Part shown: positions 28,209-37,386 of the stretch, piece by piece | Layout: each line of letters begins with the position of its first letter | Position numbering within the stretch: the stretch's first letter is position 1 | Source: a virus | Lineage: Duplodnaviria; Caudoviricetes | Length of the DNA: 64,000 nt | Reading direction: 5' to 3' (one strand) | IMG/VR virus record: IMGVR_UViG_3300043960_000133 | Span: 1 to 64,000 of that record | The notes under the pieces: generated by a model | What the model saw: the letters and a program-made list of their open reading frames with translations, nothing else | Databases searched by the model: none | Told to the model about the DNA's origin: nothing | Made by a program: the position numbers and the translations under genes

Positions 28209-29441
28209 ATGTTTGAAAAAATAAAAGCCTATATCCGCGGGTATCCCCCGGCAAAACAGTACCAGAACCTGGCACCGGTGGGATACGGCCGCGCGTTTAA
28301 CATCAGCCCGAACGCGGATGTGATTTTTGCAACGTGCGTTAAAATCCTGGCACAAAACCTGGCCCAGTTCCGGTGGACGGTTTACCGTCCTGATTCCACC
28401 GCGGAACCTGCTGCCGTGCCGGGAAGTGCAAACGTCCTGAATTATCAGCCATATCCTGGAATTAATGCGTATACGTTTTGGGAATACATGGAAAAACAAC
28501 GGCTTTTATATGGCAATGCGTTTGCGTATATCAACTGTGACCGTACAACGGCACTGGCCGCCCTGGTGCCCCTGGACGCCGGGAGTATGCAGGTAGTGTG
28601 GGATGATGCCAATATCCTGGATGGGCAGAGAAAGCTGGTTTACCGGTATACCGACCCGCGGAACGGGGAAACGTATACCATCCTGCCGGAGGAAATATTA
28701 CATTTCCGGGCATTTTCCACCAACGGAATTTTAGGCCGCCCGGCGGGCGTCGTATTGCGCGACACCCTAGCGGCGAACGCGGAAGTGGAGGGCGCCATTA
28801 GGAGCACGATTTCCAACGGTTTTTCCGGGACTATCGTCTTGACGTATACGTCCGACTTGAGCAAGACGAAACAGAAAGAGCTGCAAGCACAGATCAAGGA
28901 GCTGCTGTCCAACAGCAATGCCACCATTTTGCCGCTGCCTGCCGGAATGGAAGCAAGCAACATCACAAACGACGTGGGAAATTATTACCAGCTCGTTAAG
29001 GAATCCAAAGCGGAAGACATTTCCGCCCTGTTTGGTATCCCGCTGGCCATGTTAAACCGGATGGGCGGCACCGGCACGGCAACGTTTTCCGCGTCTCAAA
29101 TGATGCAGTTCTTTTCCCAAACCATTGCCCCGATTTTAGAGCAATACGCCGCGGAATTATCCGTCAAGCTGCTGTCCGAACGGCAGCGGAACGCCGGGCT
29201 GAGGTTTGGAACCGTGAATGATGTTTTTGACACCCTGGATGCCCAAAGCAAGGCGTCCGTCTTGTGCAGCTACACCGGCGCCGGGATTTTGACGCCGAAC
29301 GAAGCCCGGGCCAGTCTGAAATATCCGCGGTTGGACAGCCCGGAGGCTGATATGTTGACCCAACGGGGCGGCACTGGTGCCCTGGGGGACAGCCCGGGCG
29401 ACGAACAGGGTAATGAAGGAGGAGAAAATGGCAACGATTGA
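28209..29441 (+). CDS. Portal protein, HK97 family
   Basis: PYPGINAYTFW...LLYGNAFAY, EILHFR, ISALFGIP, LTPNEARA. Confidence 0.9.
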   Translation: MFEKIKAYIRGYPPAKQYQNLAPVGYGRAFNISPNADVIFATCVKILAQNLAQFRWTVYRPDSTAEPAAVPGSANVLNYQPYPGINAYTFWEYMEKQRLLYGNAFAYINCDRTTALAALVPLDAGSMQVVWDDANILDGQRKLVYRYTDPRNGETYTILPEEILHFRAFSTNGILGRPAGVVLRDTLAANAEVEGAIRSTISNGFSGTIVLTYTSDLSKTKQKELQAQIKELLSNSNATILPLPAGMEASNITNDVGNYYQLVKESKAEDISALFGIPLAMLNRMGGTGTATFSASQMMQFFSQTIAPILEQYAAELSVKLLSERQRNAGLRFGTVNDVFDTLDAQSKASVLCSYTGAGILTPNEARASLKYPRLDSPEADMLTQRGGTGALGDSPGDEQGNEGGENGND

Positions 29442-29778
29442 TAAAACCGTAAAATTTAAAGCGGGCGGCAAAGAGTACGCTGTGTGTTATCCGTTGAAAG
29501 CCGTCATGGGAGCCGAACAGGAACTGCCCGGAAACAGCTTGTTTAAGGCCGTAGCCGTGGCCAGCCTGACGAATTTTTACATCATGCTAAAATGGGGACT
29601 TATCGGCGGCGGGATGCCCGAAAACACATCGGCGGAAACGTTTGACGAAATCTGGGGCGCGGCCCTGGCTGAAATGAGCGCGCAGGACCTGTACATGAAG
29701 GTGTTGGTGCCCGCGCTGATGAAGTCCGGGACGTTTGGGAAGGTCCCAAAAAACCTGCCCCAGGGGACCAAAAAATAA
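29428..29778 (+). CDS. Tail assembly chaperone (gpG-like)
   Basis: VKFKAGGKEYAVCYPLKAVMGAEQEL...; SD GGAGGAG; ends ACC AAA AAA TAA. Confidence 0.65.
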   Translation: MATIDKTVKFKAGGKEYAVCYPLKAVMGAEQELPGNSLFKAVAVASLTNFYIMLKWGLIGGGMPENTSAETFDEIWGAALAEMSAQDLYMKVLVPALMKSGTFGKVPKNLPQGTKK

Positions 29779-30152
29779 AATCCTATGAATCTGTTACAGA
29801 ACTTGCAACGGAACTGGAAAAAATCGCTTTTGGGGAACTGAACCTAAAGCCGTGGGAATTTGAGCGGCTGACGGTTGGGGAGCTGGACGCCCTGTTTGAG
29901 GGGTACATGCGGAGGGTAGATCGGGAGGAAGATTTACTAATCAGACGCGTATCCCTGCCCGTGTATCAGTCAATGCTAGGAAAACACGCTCCCACCTATG
30001 AGCAATTGACCGCCTACAGGCGGAAGAATAAAGCGCCGGGGAAAATGGACCCCGCCCTGGCTGAGAAATGGAGGAAAATATTTAATGTTACACTCCCTGG
30101 AGTTAAAAAGGGAGCTGGCCGCAATCAGGGCCAGCCTGAAAAAGAAGGTTGA
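29775..30152 (+). CDS. Chaperone extension (gpT-like), reached by probable -1 frameshift
   Basis: -1 frame open from the A6 run: IKSYES...ELNLKPWEFERLTVGELDALFEGY... Confidence 0.6.
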   Translation: MKSYESVTELATELEKIAFGELNLKPWEFERLTVGELDALFEGYMRRVDREEDLLIRRVSLPVYQSMLGKHAPTYEQLTAYRRKNKAPGKMDPALAEKWRKIFNVTLPGVKKGAGRNQGQPEKEG

Positions 30153-31215
30153 AAACCAGGAGCCGGTGAGCGCCGAAGAACAGCAGCGCCTGCAGGCCGC
30201 ACTGGACGAATATAAAAACGCCGTTACCGCGGAGATCGCGGAGAAAGGAAAGAAACCGATTATGGAAAAAGTAACTAGAGGAATGATTAACGCAGCCCTG
30301 AAAGATTTCTTGCGCGGTGATCGCGAAAAAATGAACGCCCTGGACGCCACCATGAAAGCAGCGTTCCAGGCAGCGGCCACCGGGCAAAATGGGGCCGTGT
30401 CTGCTGACGGCGGGTTCCTGATTCCCGAAATCCTGCTGCCCGTCGTGGAAAATGACCGTCAGGGCGTCGACCTGCGGTCCATCGTAACCGGTGTTACCGT
30501 TGGGACCCGTTCCGGCAAAATCCCCGTCATTGATTATGCCAACCAGGCAGGCGTGACACTGGAAGCCTTTGACGAAAATAACAGCATTAAAGAGGGCAAG
30601 GCCGCATTTACCCAGCTGGCATTTACCCTGGCTAGCAAAGGCGCACTCATTCCCGTGTCCAACGAGCTGATTCGAGACAGCGCCACCGATATTGTGGCGC
30701 TGATTACCACCCTGTTTAACCGGATTTACATTAACGATGTAAACAAAGACATTCTGACCCAGGCCGTTGCCCCGTCCGACGTGAAGAAAAACACCGTCGC
30801 CGATTTCGGGACCGTTGCCGCCATCGACGCCATCAAAAAGGCCATCATTACCTGCCCGCTGGACGCCGGGGCCAACGCGTCCGTTGTCGTCAACCAGAAC
30901 ACGTTCGCCGCAATGGCCCTCGCCAAAGACACCCAGGGCCGTTACCTGCTGGCACGTGATGCAAACAATGAAACCGTACGGCAGATTGAAAGCCGTCCTA
31001 TCCACGTTGTAGAAGGTGCCGCCCTGGCTGATAATACGGCCGTCATTGGTGACTATAGAGCACTGTACCACATCGCGTACCCCGCTCTGGAAGTACAGTC
31101 CAGCACCGAAGCCGGTTTCCGGACCAACAGCACCATCGTTCGCGCCGTCGCCCGCTTTACCGACCTGAATACCTACGGCAAATGCTTTACTGTCCTGAGC
31201 AAGGCCGGAGCATAA
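30085..31215 (+). CDS. Major capsid protein, HK97 family
   Basis: N-terminal coiled delta domain, ADGGFLIPE, IPVSNELIRDS, GRYLL, VIGDY. Confidence 0.9.
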   Translation: MLHSLELKRELAAIRASLKKKVENQEPVSAEEQQRLQAALDEYKNAVTAEIAEKGKKPIMEKVTRGMINAALKDFLRGDREKMNALDATMKAAFQAAATGQNGAVSADGGFLIPEILLPVVENDRQGVDLRSIVTGVTVGTRSGKIPVIDYANQAGVTLEAFDENNSIKEGKAAFTQLAFTLASKGALIPVSNELIRDSATDIVALITTLFNRIYINDVNKDILTQAVAPSDVKKNTVADFGTVAAIDAIKKAIITCPLDAGANASVVVNQNTFAAMALAKDTQGRYLLARDANNETVRQIESRPIHVVEGAALADNTAVIGDYRALYHIAYPALEVQSSTEAGFRTNSTIVRAVARFTDLNTYGKCFTVLSKAGA

Positions 31216-31216
31216 A

Positions 31217-31579
31217 ATGTTCCGGCGAAATCCGGGCCGATTTACGGAAACTGTGAAGCTGATGAAGCCTAGCGTCCCTAAACGGGACGCCCTGGGCGGC
31301 GTCAGCGCAACGACTTATACGGATTTTTTAAAGCTACGGGCGCTTGTAACCGTCAAGAGCCAAAGCAAACAGCAGATCATCGGCGATTATGTGACCGTTG
31401 ACACCCGTTATTTTTTGGTGCGGGACACCCGCAAAACGTGCCCGGACCTAGACAGCACCTGGCGCCTGGAGTGGGGCGGGAAGGCGTATAAAATCAACGA
31501 TGTTTTGTTGATCGACGAAAGCCGCCCGCCCTATGTGCAGATCACGGCAACGGCCATTACGGGAGGCGGTAAGTTATGA
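31217..31579 (+). CDS. Head-tail adaptor/stopper (SPP1 gp16-like)
   Basis: RDALGG, WRLEWGGKAYKINDV. Confidence 0.7.
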   Translation: MFRRNPGRFTETVKLMKPSVPKRDALGGVSATTYTDFLKLRALVTVKSQSKQQIIGDYVTVDTRYFLVRDTRKTCPDLDSTWRLEWGGKAYKINDVLLIDESRPPYVQITATAITGGGKL

Positions 31580-32037
31580 CGTACAAATTACCGTTTACCG
31601 CTATCAGCAAAGCCCTATATGCCACGTTAAACGGGCAAGGACTGGAATGGTTTGACAGCGCGGTGCCGATTTCGGAAATCGAAGATTATTTTCGGAGCCA
31701 GGCTGAATTTGCCTATGGGATTTTGGGCGCGGCCGACATGGACGCACGGGACACCAAGACGGGCCCCGTGTGGACCATGACCATTAATCTGCAAATTTAC
31801 AGCAATTATCGCGGGAGAAAAGACGTTGCACAAAAGTTGGAAGCTACGTTTTGCCTCCTGGCAAGTCCGGAAGGGCGCGCGGCGTTAAACAAGAGCTTAA
31901 ACGACGACGGTTTTACCCTGGTGGACCTGACCATCGGTGCTGTATCTATCAGCTTACCGATCGTAGGCGACGCCGGGGAGTGGCAAAACGGCAGCATTAA
32001 TTTAAAAATTCGTGTAGGACAGTTAAAGGAGGACTAA
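31576..32037 (+). CDS. Tail completion/terminator protein
   Basis: ISKALYATL...IYSNYRGRKDV; position before tail tube. Confidence 0.6.
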   Translation: MTYKLPFTAISKALYATLNGQGLEWFDSAVPISEIEDYFRSQAEFAYGILGAADMDARDTKTGPVWTMTINLQIYSNYRGRKDVAQKLEATFCLLASPEGRAALNKSLNDDGFTLVDLTIGAVSISLPIVGDAGEWQNGSINLKIRVGQLKED

Positions 32038-32042
32038 TTTAA

Positions 32043-32543
32043 ATGAGCGTGACAATTACTGCGGAAAATTTGCCGCAATTTGACGGCGCGGCCGGGATTT
32101 CCGGCAAGAAACGCCTGTTATATGTAAACTACGGGACCGGCGCCACCGCCGACTCCCCGAAATGGACCCTTATTGGCGGGGCCGAAGATTTTACCATGAG
32201 TCCGACGGTTAACACCCAAAGCAAGACCACCAAAGACAGCGGCGGCTGGTCCATCGCGGCCCCGACCGGTAAAAGTTTTGAAATTTCTTCTAAACTGGTG
32301 GCAATCGCGGGCGATGTGGGGCAGAACGTCCTGAAATCTTTCGTCTATGACGATAAATGCACCGACAAAAACGCGTTGCAGTTTGCCTATGTAGACGTAG
32401 ACAGCAAGGATTTCATGCAGTTTACCGCCGTAGTAACGAGTTTCGAAGAAACCAGTGCCGCCGAAGACCTGGTGGAATACAGCATGAAGGCTACCGGGAC
32501 CGGGAAGCCGGAAATGAAAACCGGGTTTACCGCTGGTGAATAA
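32043..32543 (+). CDS. Major tail protein (TP901-1-like)
   Basis: SGKKRLLYV, TTKDSGGW, SFEETSAAEDLVEYSMKATGTG. Confidence 0.8.
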   Translation: MSVTITAENLPQFDGAAGISGKKRLLYVNYGTGATADSPKWTLIGGAEDFTMSPTVNTQSKTTKDSGGWSIAAPTGKSFEISSKLVAIAGDVGQNVLKSFVYDDKCTDKNALQFAYVDVDSKDFMQFTAVVTSFEETSAAEDLVEYSMKATGTGKPEMKTGFTAGE

Positions 32544-32549
32544 CTGAAC

Positions 32550-32575
32550 AGGGCCGCCACCGCGGCCCTTCTTTA
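32550..32575 (+). terminator. Terminator after major tail protein
   Basis: AGGGCCGC-CACC-GCGGCCCT followed by TCTTT. Confidence 0.55.
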
Positions 32576-32593
32576 TTATTATGAGGTGAGAAC

Positions 32594-33007
32594 GTGGAAA
32601 CCATTGCAGAGCTACAAGCAAGGATACAAAAATATACCGATGCAGGGTTTACCGCGGACGTCGTTAAAGCCGCCCGGGAAGCGCAAAACGCGACCTGCGA
32701 CTATATCCGGCGTACCCATCCCCAGACAGGGTTCGGCGGGATGGAAATATCGAAATATATACAAAAGGGAAAATTTACAGTTGAAAACGTAGGCGTGGTT
32801 AACGCCACGGTTTACGCAAATTATTTTGCCCGTTGGTACAACACGGGGGCATATGGCCGGGCAATCCGCAAGAGAGGACCGCGGCAAGGAATGAAAGGCC
32901 CTGAATATGCACCACACGGGAATTATTTTGAAAAGAACGCGCAAGCGATTGAACAATATTTTACTGATTATCTTTTGAATTACTTGAAAGAACACATTGA
33001 CCTGTAG
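32594..33007 (+). CDS. HK97 gp10-like neck protein
   Basis: GTG start after GAGGTG; VNATVYANYFARWYNTGAYG. Confidence 0.55.
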   Translation: METIAELQARIQKYTDAGFTADVVKAAREAQNATCDYIRRTHPQTGFGGMEISKYIQKGKFTVENVGVVNATVYANYFARWYNTGAYGRAIRKRGPRQGMKGPEYAPHGNYFEKNAQAIEQYFTDYLLNYLKEHIDL

Positions 33008-33018
33008 GAGGTGGGGAA

Positions 33019-35766
33019 ATGGCCGACGCAAAAATCAATCTTGAAACCTTTACAAACGACGAAGGGTTAAAGCGCTTGAACAGCGCCCTGGCTGAGGGCA
33101 CCCAGGCCGCCGCCGCCATGCAAAAGGAACTGCGGGACCTGGAAAAGGCAACGCAATCCGGAACGAACGCCACTGCCGAACAGGCCAAGGCCATGCAGGA
33201 TTTACGGGAAAAACTGAACGCCCAAAAGCAGGTCAACGCGGAATACAACAAGGCCATTAAGGAAACCGTTAGCAGCCTGGGAAAGGTTGAAGAAAAACAC
33301 AGTGCCCTGGGACAGCTGATGGACAACGTAGCCGGAAAACTGGGTGTGAACACCGCGGCGTTTACGTCCCTGGATGTTGCCGCCGGGGCATTTGCTGGTA
33401 CCCTGGCCGTCAAGGTGGCCTCCGCCATTGCTCAATTTGTCCAGGACGTAGCCGCCATGGGGGCGGCGGCTGAAAAATCCGCGGCCATGTTTGCAGCCTG
33501 GAAACCGGCGGCGGAAGACGCGGCGGAAGCCGGTAAACTGTTTAATGCCGTTGGACGCGATACCAATTACGACCTGTCCGCCGTTAAGCAGTGGGGCATG
33601 GACCTGGTTAACCTGGGGTACAGTGCAAACAACGCCGCCTACATGATTAAACTGTGTGCTGATACGGCTGCTGGGTTAGGCAAAGGGCAAGCAGGGGCGG
33701 AAACATTAATCCGAACCCTGGCCAGAATCCAGGCGACCGGGGAAGTGTCCAGCCGCCAGATGAAAGAATTGCAGCAGTCCGGGCTGGATATGGATAAAGC
33801 GTTTGAATCCGTGGGCATGACCGCCGAGGAAGCCATGCAGGCTATGGACGATGGCACACTGAACGCCCAGGACGCCGTGGCTAGCCTGACCGACTACATG
33901 CACACGTTTGACGGGTCTATGGCTGAATCCAAGCAGAACATCATCGACGAATGGGGCGATGTCGAAGGAAACATGGTGACCATCTGTGCCAGCATTGGGG
34001 GCGCCATCTTTGAGGCGTTTGATAAATCCGGGATTGTGCAAACCCTGGTGGATTTTACCCAGGATTTACTGGACCTTGTGTGGAGTGATGGAACCAGCGC
34101 GTTTAGTGAATTTGGGAGCATTGCACAGTGGGCGTTGGATATCATCGATGACGGGCTGGAAGTTGTTCGGACGGCCGTAAAAGCTGTAATCATTATTTTT
34201 TACAAGTTAAATGACGCAGCCCGGAACATTGGGAGTGCCATTGCCGGATACCTGGCACCCATCCTCCGACCGCTGCAAGCAATCTGGGACAAGATTAAAT
34301 CCATCATTTCCACCCTGGGCGGTGCTGTCCAGGAATACGTAGGAACCGCATGGGATGAACTGGTGGGGCCACCGAAAGGCGTACCCCGTGAATACAACGA
34401 GGACGACAACCATTTCCACACCGCTGTTCGCGCGCCGAAAACGTCCGGCGGCGGCGCGGCCGCCAGCACGCCCCACCAGAGCGCCCCGAAAATGAGCCAG
34501 GAAGAACGGGAGCTACAACGGCAAACGGAAGCGCTCATTAAAAAATACACGGACTGGACCGCCATCAGACAGGCGAACGAAAAGGCGGCCATCGAGGAAA
34601 TGAAGGTCCGGGCAACGATGCTGACCGGCGAGGCTAAAGCAGACGCCGACCGGAAGGTCAAGCTGGCCGAGTACAAAAAGACCTATGACGATTTAATCGA
34701 CAGCTACGAAAAGGAAATCAAGCTGGCTGAAAACATCCAGGACGACGGGACCCGGCAGGCCGTTGCGGACCGTATCAGCGAGCAGGAGCGGGACGCCAAA
34801 GAGCTTTACGAAGCTCAAATCGAAGCCTTGCAATATGCGGAGCGTCTGAAACAGCAGCAGGCAAATAGCAAGGAATTGATGGCCACGTTTGGTGCCGACC
34901 CCAACAGCATTAAAGCTTATGTGGCCGCCATTAAAACGACCGTGACGGACGCAATGGCCGAAATCGACCAGGCAATGGCTACAGCGGGCGAAGATCAGGA
35001 AGCAGGCATTAACGGCCTGGCGAAGGTCCTGGGCATGAGTCCGGAAGCCATCAAGGACGAAATGGCCGCGAAAAACGAAACGTTGCAGGAATTTGTCGAC
35101 AACTACAAACAAAAACTAGTTGACGCCGGGGAAGCTGAAACCAACCAGGTTAAAAACACGAAAAACTGGAAGGACGCAATGGTGAGTTACTGGCAAGAGG
35201 CTGGCAAATCCATGGGCGAGGCTTTTAGCAGCATTTTGACCGGGACGAAATCCGCGGGTGCTGCCCTGGGTGATTTCGTCAAGACGATTTTCCAGAACGC
35301 GTTAAAAATTGCCACGGAATGGCTGGGCTTGTTCGCTATTTATTCCATCGTGGGCGACCCGAAACTGGCCGCCCGTTGGGCAGGACATACCCTGTTTGGT
35401 ATGGATTTCGGCGGTGTGACCAAGGGCAAGTTTGGTTTTGCGACCGGCGGCTACGTTGCCGGTCCTGGAACCGGAACAAGCGACTCCATTCCGGCAATGC
35501 TGAGCAACGGGGAATACGTCATTACGTCTCAAGCGGTTAACCGCGTTGGGCGGGATAACCTGGATGCAATCAACGCCGGGCGCGTGCCGGACCTGGGCAC
35601 CGGCGGCGGCGTTACCGCAATTTCCGGCGGAAACGTTACGTTAAATGTGTCCGCGGTTGACGCGTCCGGATTCAGTGCATTTTTACAGCGCGGCGGCCTG
35701 GATGCAATCAAGCAGGCATTGTTTGATAACAATCGTAATTTTGCCGCAGATAGCGGGGTGTGGTAA
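33019..35766 (+). CDS. Tape measure protein
   Basis: Ala-rich helical; tape-measure domain LARIQATGEVSSRQMKEL; C-terminal FATGGYVAGPGTGTSDSIPAMLSNGEYV. Confidence 0.9.
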   Translation: MADAKINLETFTNDEGLKRLNSALAEGTQAAAAMQKELRDLEKATQSGTNATAEQAKAMQDLREKLNAQKQVNAEYNKAIKETVSSLGKVEEKHSALGQLMDNVAGKLGVNTAAFTSLDVAAGAFAGTLAVKVASAIAQFVQDVAAMGAAAEKSAAMFAAWKPAAEDAAEAGKLFNAVGRDTNYDLSAVKQWGMDLVNLGYSANNAAYMIKLCADTAAGLGKGQAGAETLIRTLARIQATGEVSSRQMKELQQSGLDMDKAFESVGMTAEEAMQAMDDGTLNAQDAVASLTDYMHTFDGSMAESKQNIIDEWGDVEGNMVTICASIGGAIFEAFDKSGIVQTLVDFTQDLLDLVWSDGTSAFSEFGSIAQWALDIIDDGLEVVRTAVKAVIIIFYKLNDAARNIGSAIAGYLAPILRPLQAIWDKIKSIISTLGGAVQEYVGTAWDELVGPPKGVPREYNEDDNHFHTAVRAPKTSGGGAAASTPHQSAPKMSQEERELQRQTEALIKKYTDWTAIRQANEKAAIEEMKVRATMLTGEAKADADRKVKLAEYKKTYDDLIDSYEKEIKLAENIQDDGTRQAVADRISEQERDAKELYEAQIEALQYAERLKQQQANSKELMATFGADPNSIKAYVAAIKTTVTDAMAEIDQAMATAGEDQEAGINGLAKVLGMSPEAIKDEMAAKNETLQEFVDNYKQKLVDAGEAETNQVKNTKNWKDAMVSYWQEAGKSMGEAFSSILTGTKSAGAALGDFVKTIFQNALKIATEWLGLFAIYSIVGDPKLAARWAGHTLFGMDFGGVTKGKFGFATGGYVAGPGTGTSDSIPAMLSNGEYVITSQAVNRVGRDNLDAINAGRVPDLGTGGGVTAISGGNVTLNVSAVDASGFSAFLQRGGLDAIKQALFDNNRNFAADSGVW

Positions 35767-36335
35767 TGGCACTAAAAAAATTCCCCCAGGAAATTAAGCA
35801 CCTGACATGGAACAGCAAATTTAAACAAAAGTGGAATACACAGGTGCAAACGTCCGGATCCGGAATGGTCCGGACGTTGACCAATCAGCTGTATCCGCAA
35901 TGGACCATCACAGAAACGTTCGGTCTGCTGGACGACGATACCGCGAATAAGCTAATGGCATTTATTGCCAGCGTCAAGGGCGGGTACGAGCCGTTTTTGT
36001 GGCTGGACCACACGTTAAACCGGGAAACCGGGCGGGCGTTGCCAGTTATCGTGCCGGGAAAATACCAGGCGGTTTGGAGCCTGGATGGATACGTGGAACC
36101 GGCGGACTACATCGAGGATGTGACCGTCTACGTGGACGGCAAAAAGCAGACAAGCGGTTACAGCGTGTCCGGCGGCGTCATCAGCTTTTCCACGGCACCG
36201 GCAACGGGGGCCGTGGTGACAGCTGATTATACGTACTGGTTTAAAGTGCGTTTTTCCGACGATGGGGGAGAGTTAACTAGAGTTTTCGAAAACGTTAACA
36301 ATTCCAGTAGCTTTAAAATGGATGTGGTACGATGA
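35760..36335 (+). CDS. Distal tail protein (DUF2460, GTA-like)
   Basis: KWNTQVQTSGSG, FIASVKGGYEPFLW, VTADYTYWFKVRF. Confidence 0.8.
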   Translation: MVMALKKFPQEIKHLTWNSKFKQKWNTQVQTSGSGMVRTLTNQLYPQWTITETFGLLDDDTANKLMAFIASVKGGYEPFLWLDHTLNRETGRALPVIVPGKYQAVWSLDGYVEPADYIEDVTVYVDGKKQTSGYSVSGGVISFSTAPATGAVVTADYTYWFKVRFSDDGGELTRVFENVNNSSSFKMDVVR

Positions 36336-36913
36336 AACAAGTAGACGCCAGTCTGACGGCCTATTTAAACACACAAAAACAAATACAGAGTTGTGATTTA
36401 TACGATATTATCCTGGCTAATGGCAATCACTATTACTATACGGATGCCGATATTGACATCAACAACGGCGGGACGGTTTACCAGCACGGTAAACTGCTGT
36501 TTAAACGGCAGCAGATTAAATTAAATTCCACCCTGACCGTTGACACCCTGAGCGTGACCATTTACGCCGGAAAAACCGATATGATCGAGAGCAAATCCGT
36601 GATGAAGGCCGCGCTAGACGGGACCATGGACCGGGCGCGTCTGCACCTTAAACGGTGCTTTTTCCGTGACGGTGCCGTCGTGGGCACCGTGGACCTGTTC
36701 GCGGGGAAAATCGAAATCAAAAACGCGGGCGGTTTGCAGCTGCAACTGTCCATCAAGGCGGAAACGAGCGGCCTGAACATGAATTTCCCCATCCGGAAAT
36801 ATTACCCCCAAGGGAGCTTTTCCACCGGTTCCGGCGGCGTCGTCACGGCGTCAAGCACGGACAGTAGCGCGGTGATCGCGCCGTACATTCCGCGCAAGGA
36901 GGTGCTGCTATGA
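36332..36913 (+). CDS. Baseplate hub-like protein (DUF2163-like)
   Basis: DLYDIILANG..YYYTDADIDI, VDTLSVTI, LFAGKI. Confidence 0.75.
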   Translation: MKQVDASLTAYLNTQKQIQSCDLYDIILANGNHYYYTDADIDINNGGTVYQHGKLLFKRQQIKLNSTLTVDTLSVTIYAGKTDMIESKSVMKAALDGTMDRARLHLKRCFFRDGAVVGTVDLFAGKIEIKNAGGLQLQLSIKAETSGLNMNFPIRKYYPQGSFSTGSGGVVTASSTDSSAVIAPYIPRKEVLL

Positions 36914-37386
36914 GCGAGCAAGGCGACCGAATTGCGGCTGCTGCTTTAACCTGGTTGGGGACGCCCCACGTAAACGAGGGCAAGGCCAAAGGGCACGGAG
37001 TGGATTGTGGGATGCTGCTAATTTGCAGCCTGGAGGACGCCGGACTGGTAAAACGCGGCGAAATCAAGGTTAACCATTACTCCAACATGTGGCACCTGAG
37101 CCACGGGGAAGAGTGGTTTAAATCCATTGTGGAGCGGTATTGCGACAAAGTGGATACCATGGAGCGGGGCGACTTTTTACTGTATCAGTATGGCCGGTGC
37201 GTCAGTCACGGCGGCGTTTATATGGGCAACGGCGTTGTATGCCATGCCCGTGTGGAGCAGGGCGTTATCCTGTCATCTGTAAATGACGTTGATTTTTTGG
37301 ACGCCCGCGGAAACAGCCGCCTCCGGGGGATTTATCGGTTTAGCATTAAAAAACGAGACGAGGTGAGAGCGAATGGGGCTGTTTAG
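36910..37386 (+). CDS. NlpC/P60 tail-associated peptidase
   Basis: WLGTPH..G..KGHGVDCGMLL, HGGVY, VCHA. Confidence 0.88.
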   Translation: MSEQGDRIAAAALTWLGTPHVNEGKAKGHGVDCGMLLICSLEDAGLVKRGEIKVNHYSNMWHLSHGEEWFKSIVERYCDKVDTMERGDFLLYQYGRCVSHGGVYMGNGVVCHARVEQGVILSSVNDVDFLDARGNSRLRGIYRFSIKKRDEVRANGAV

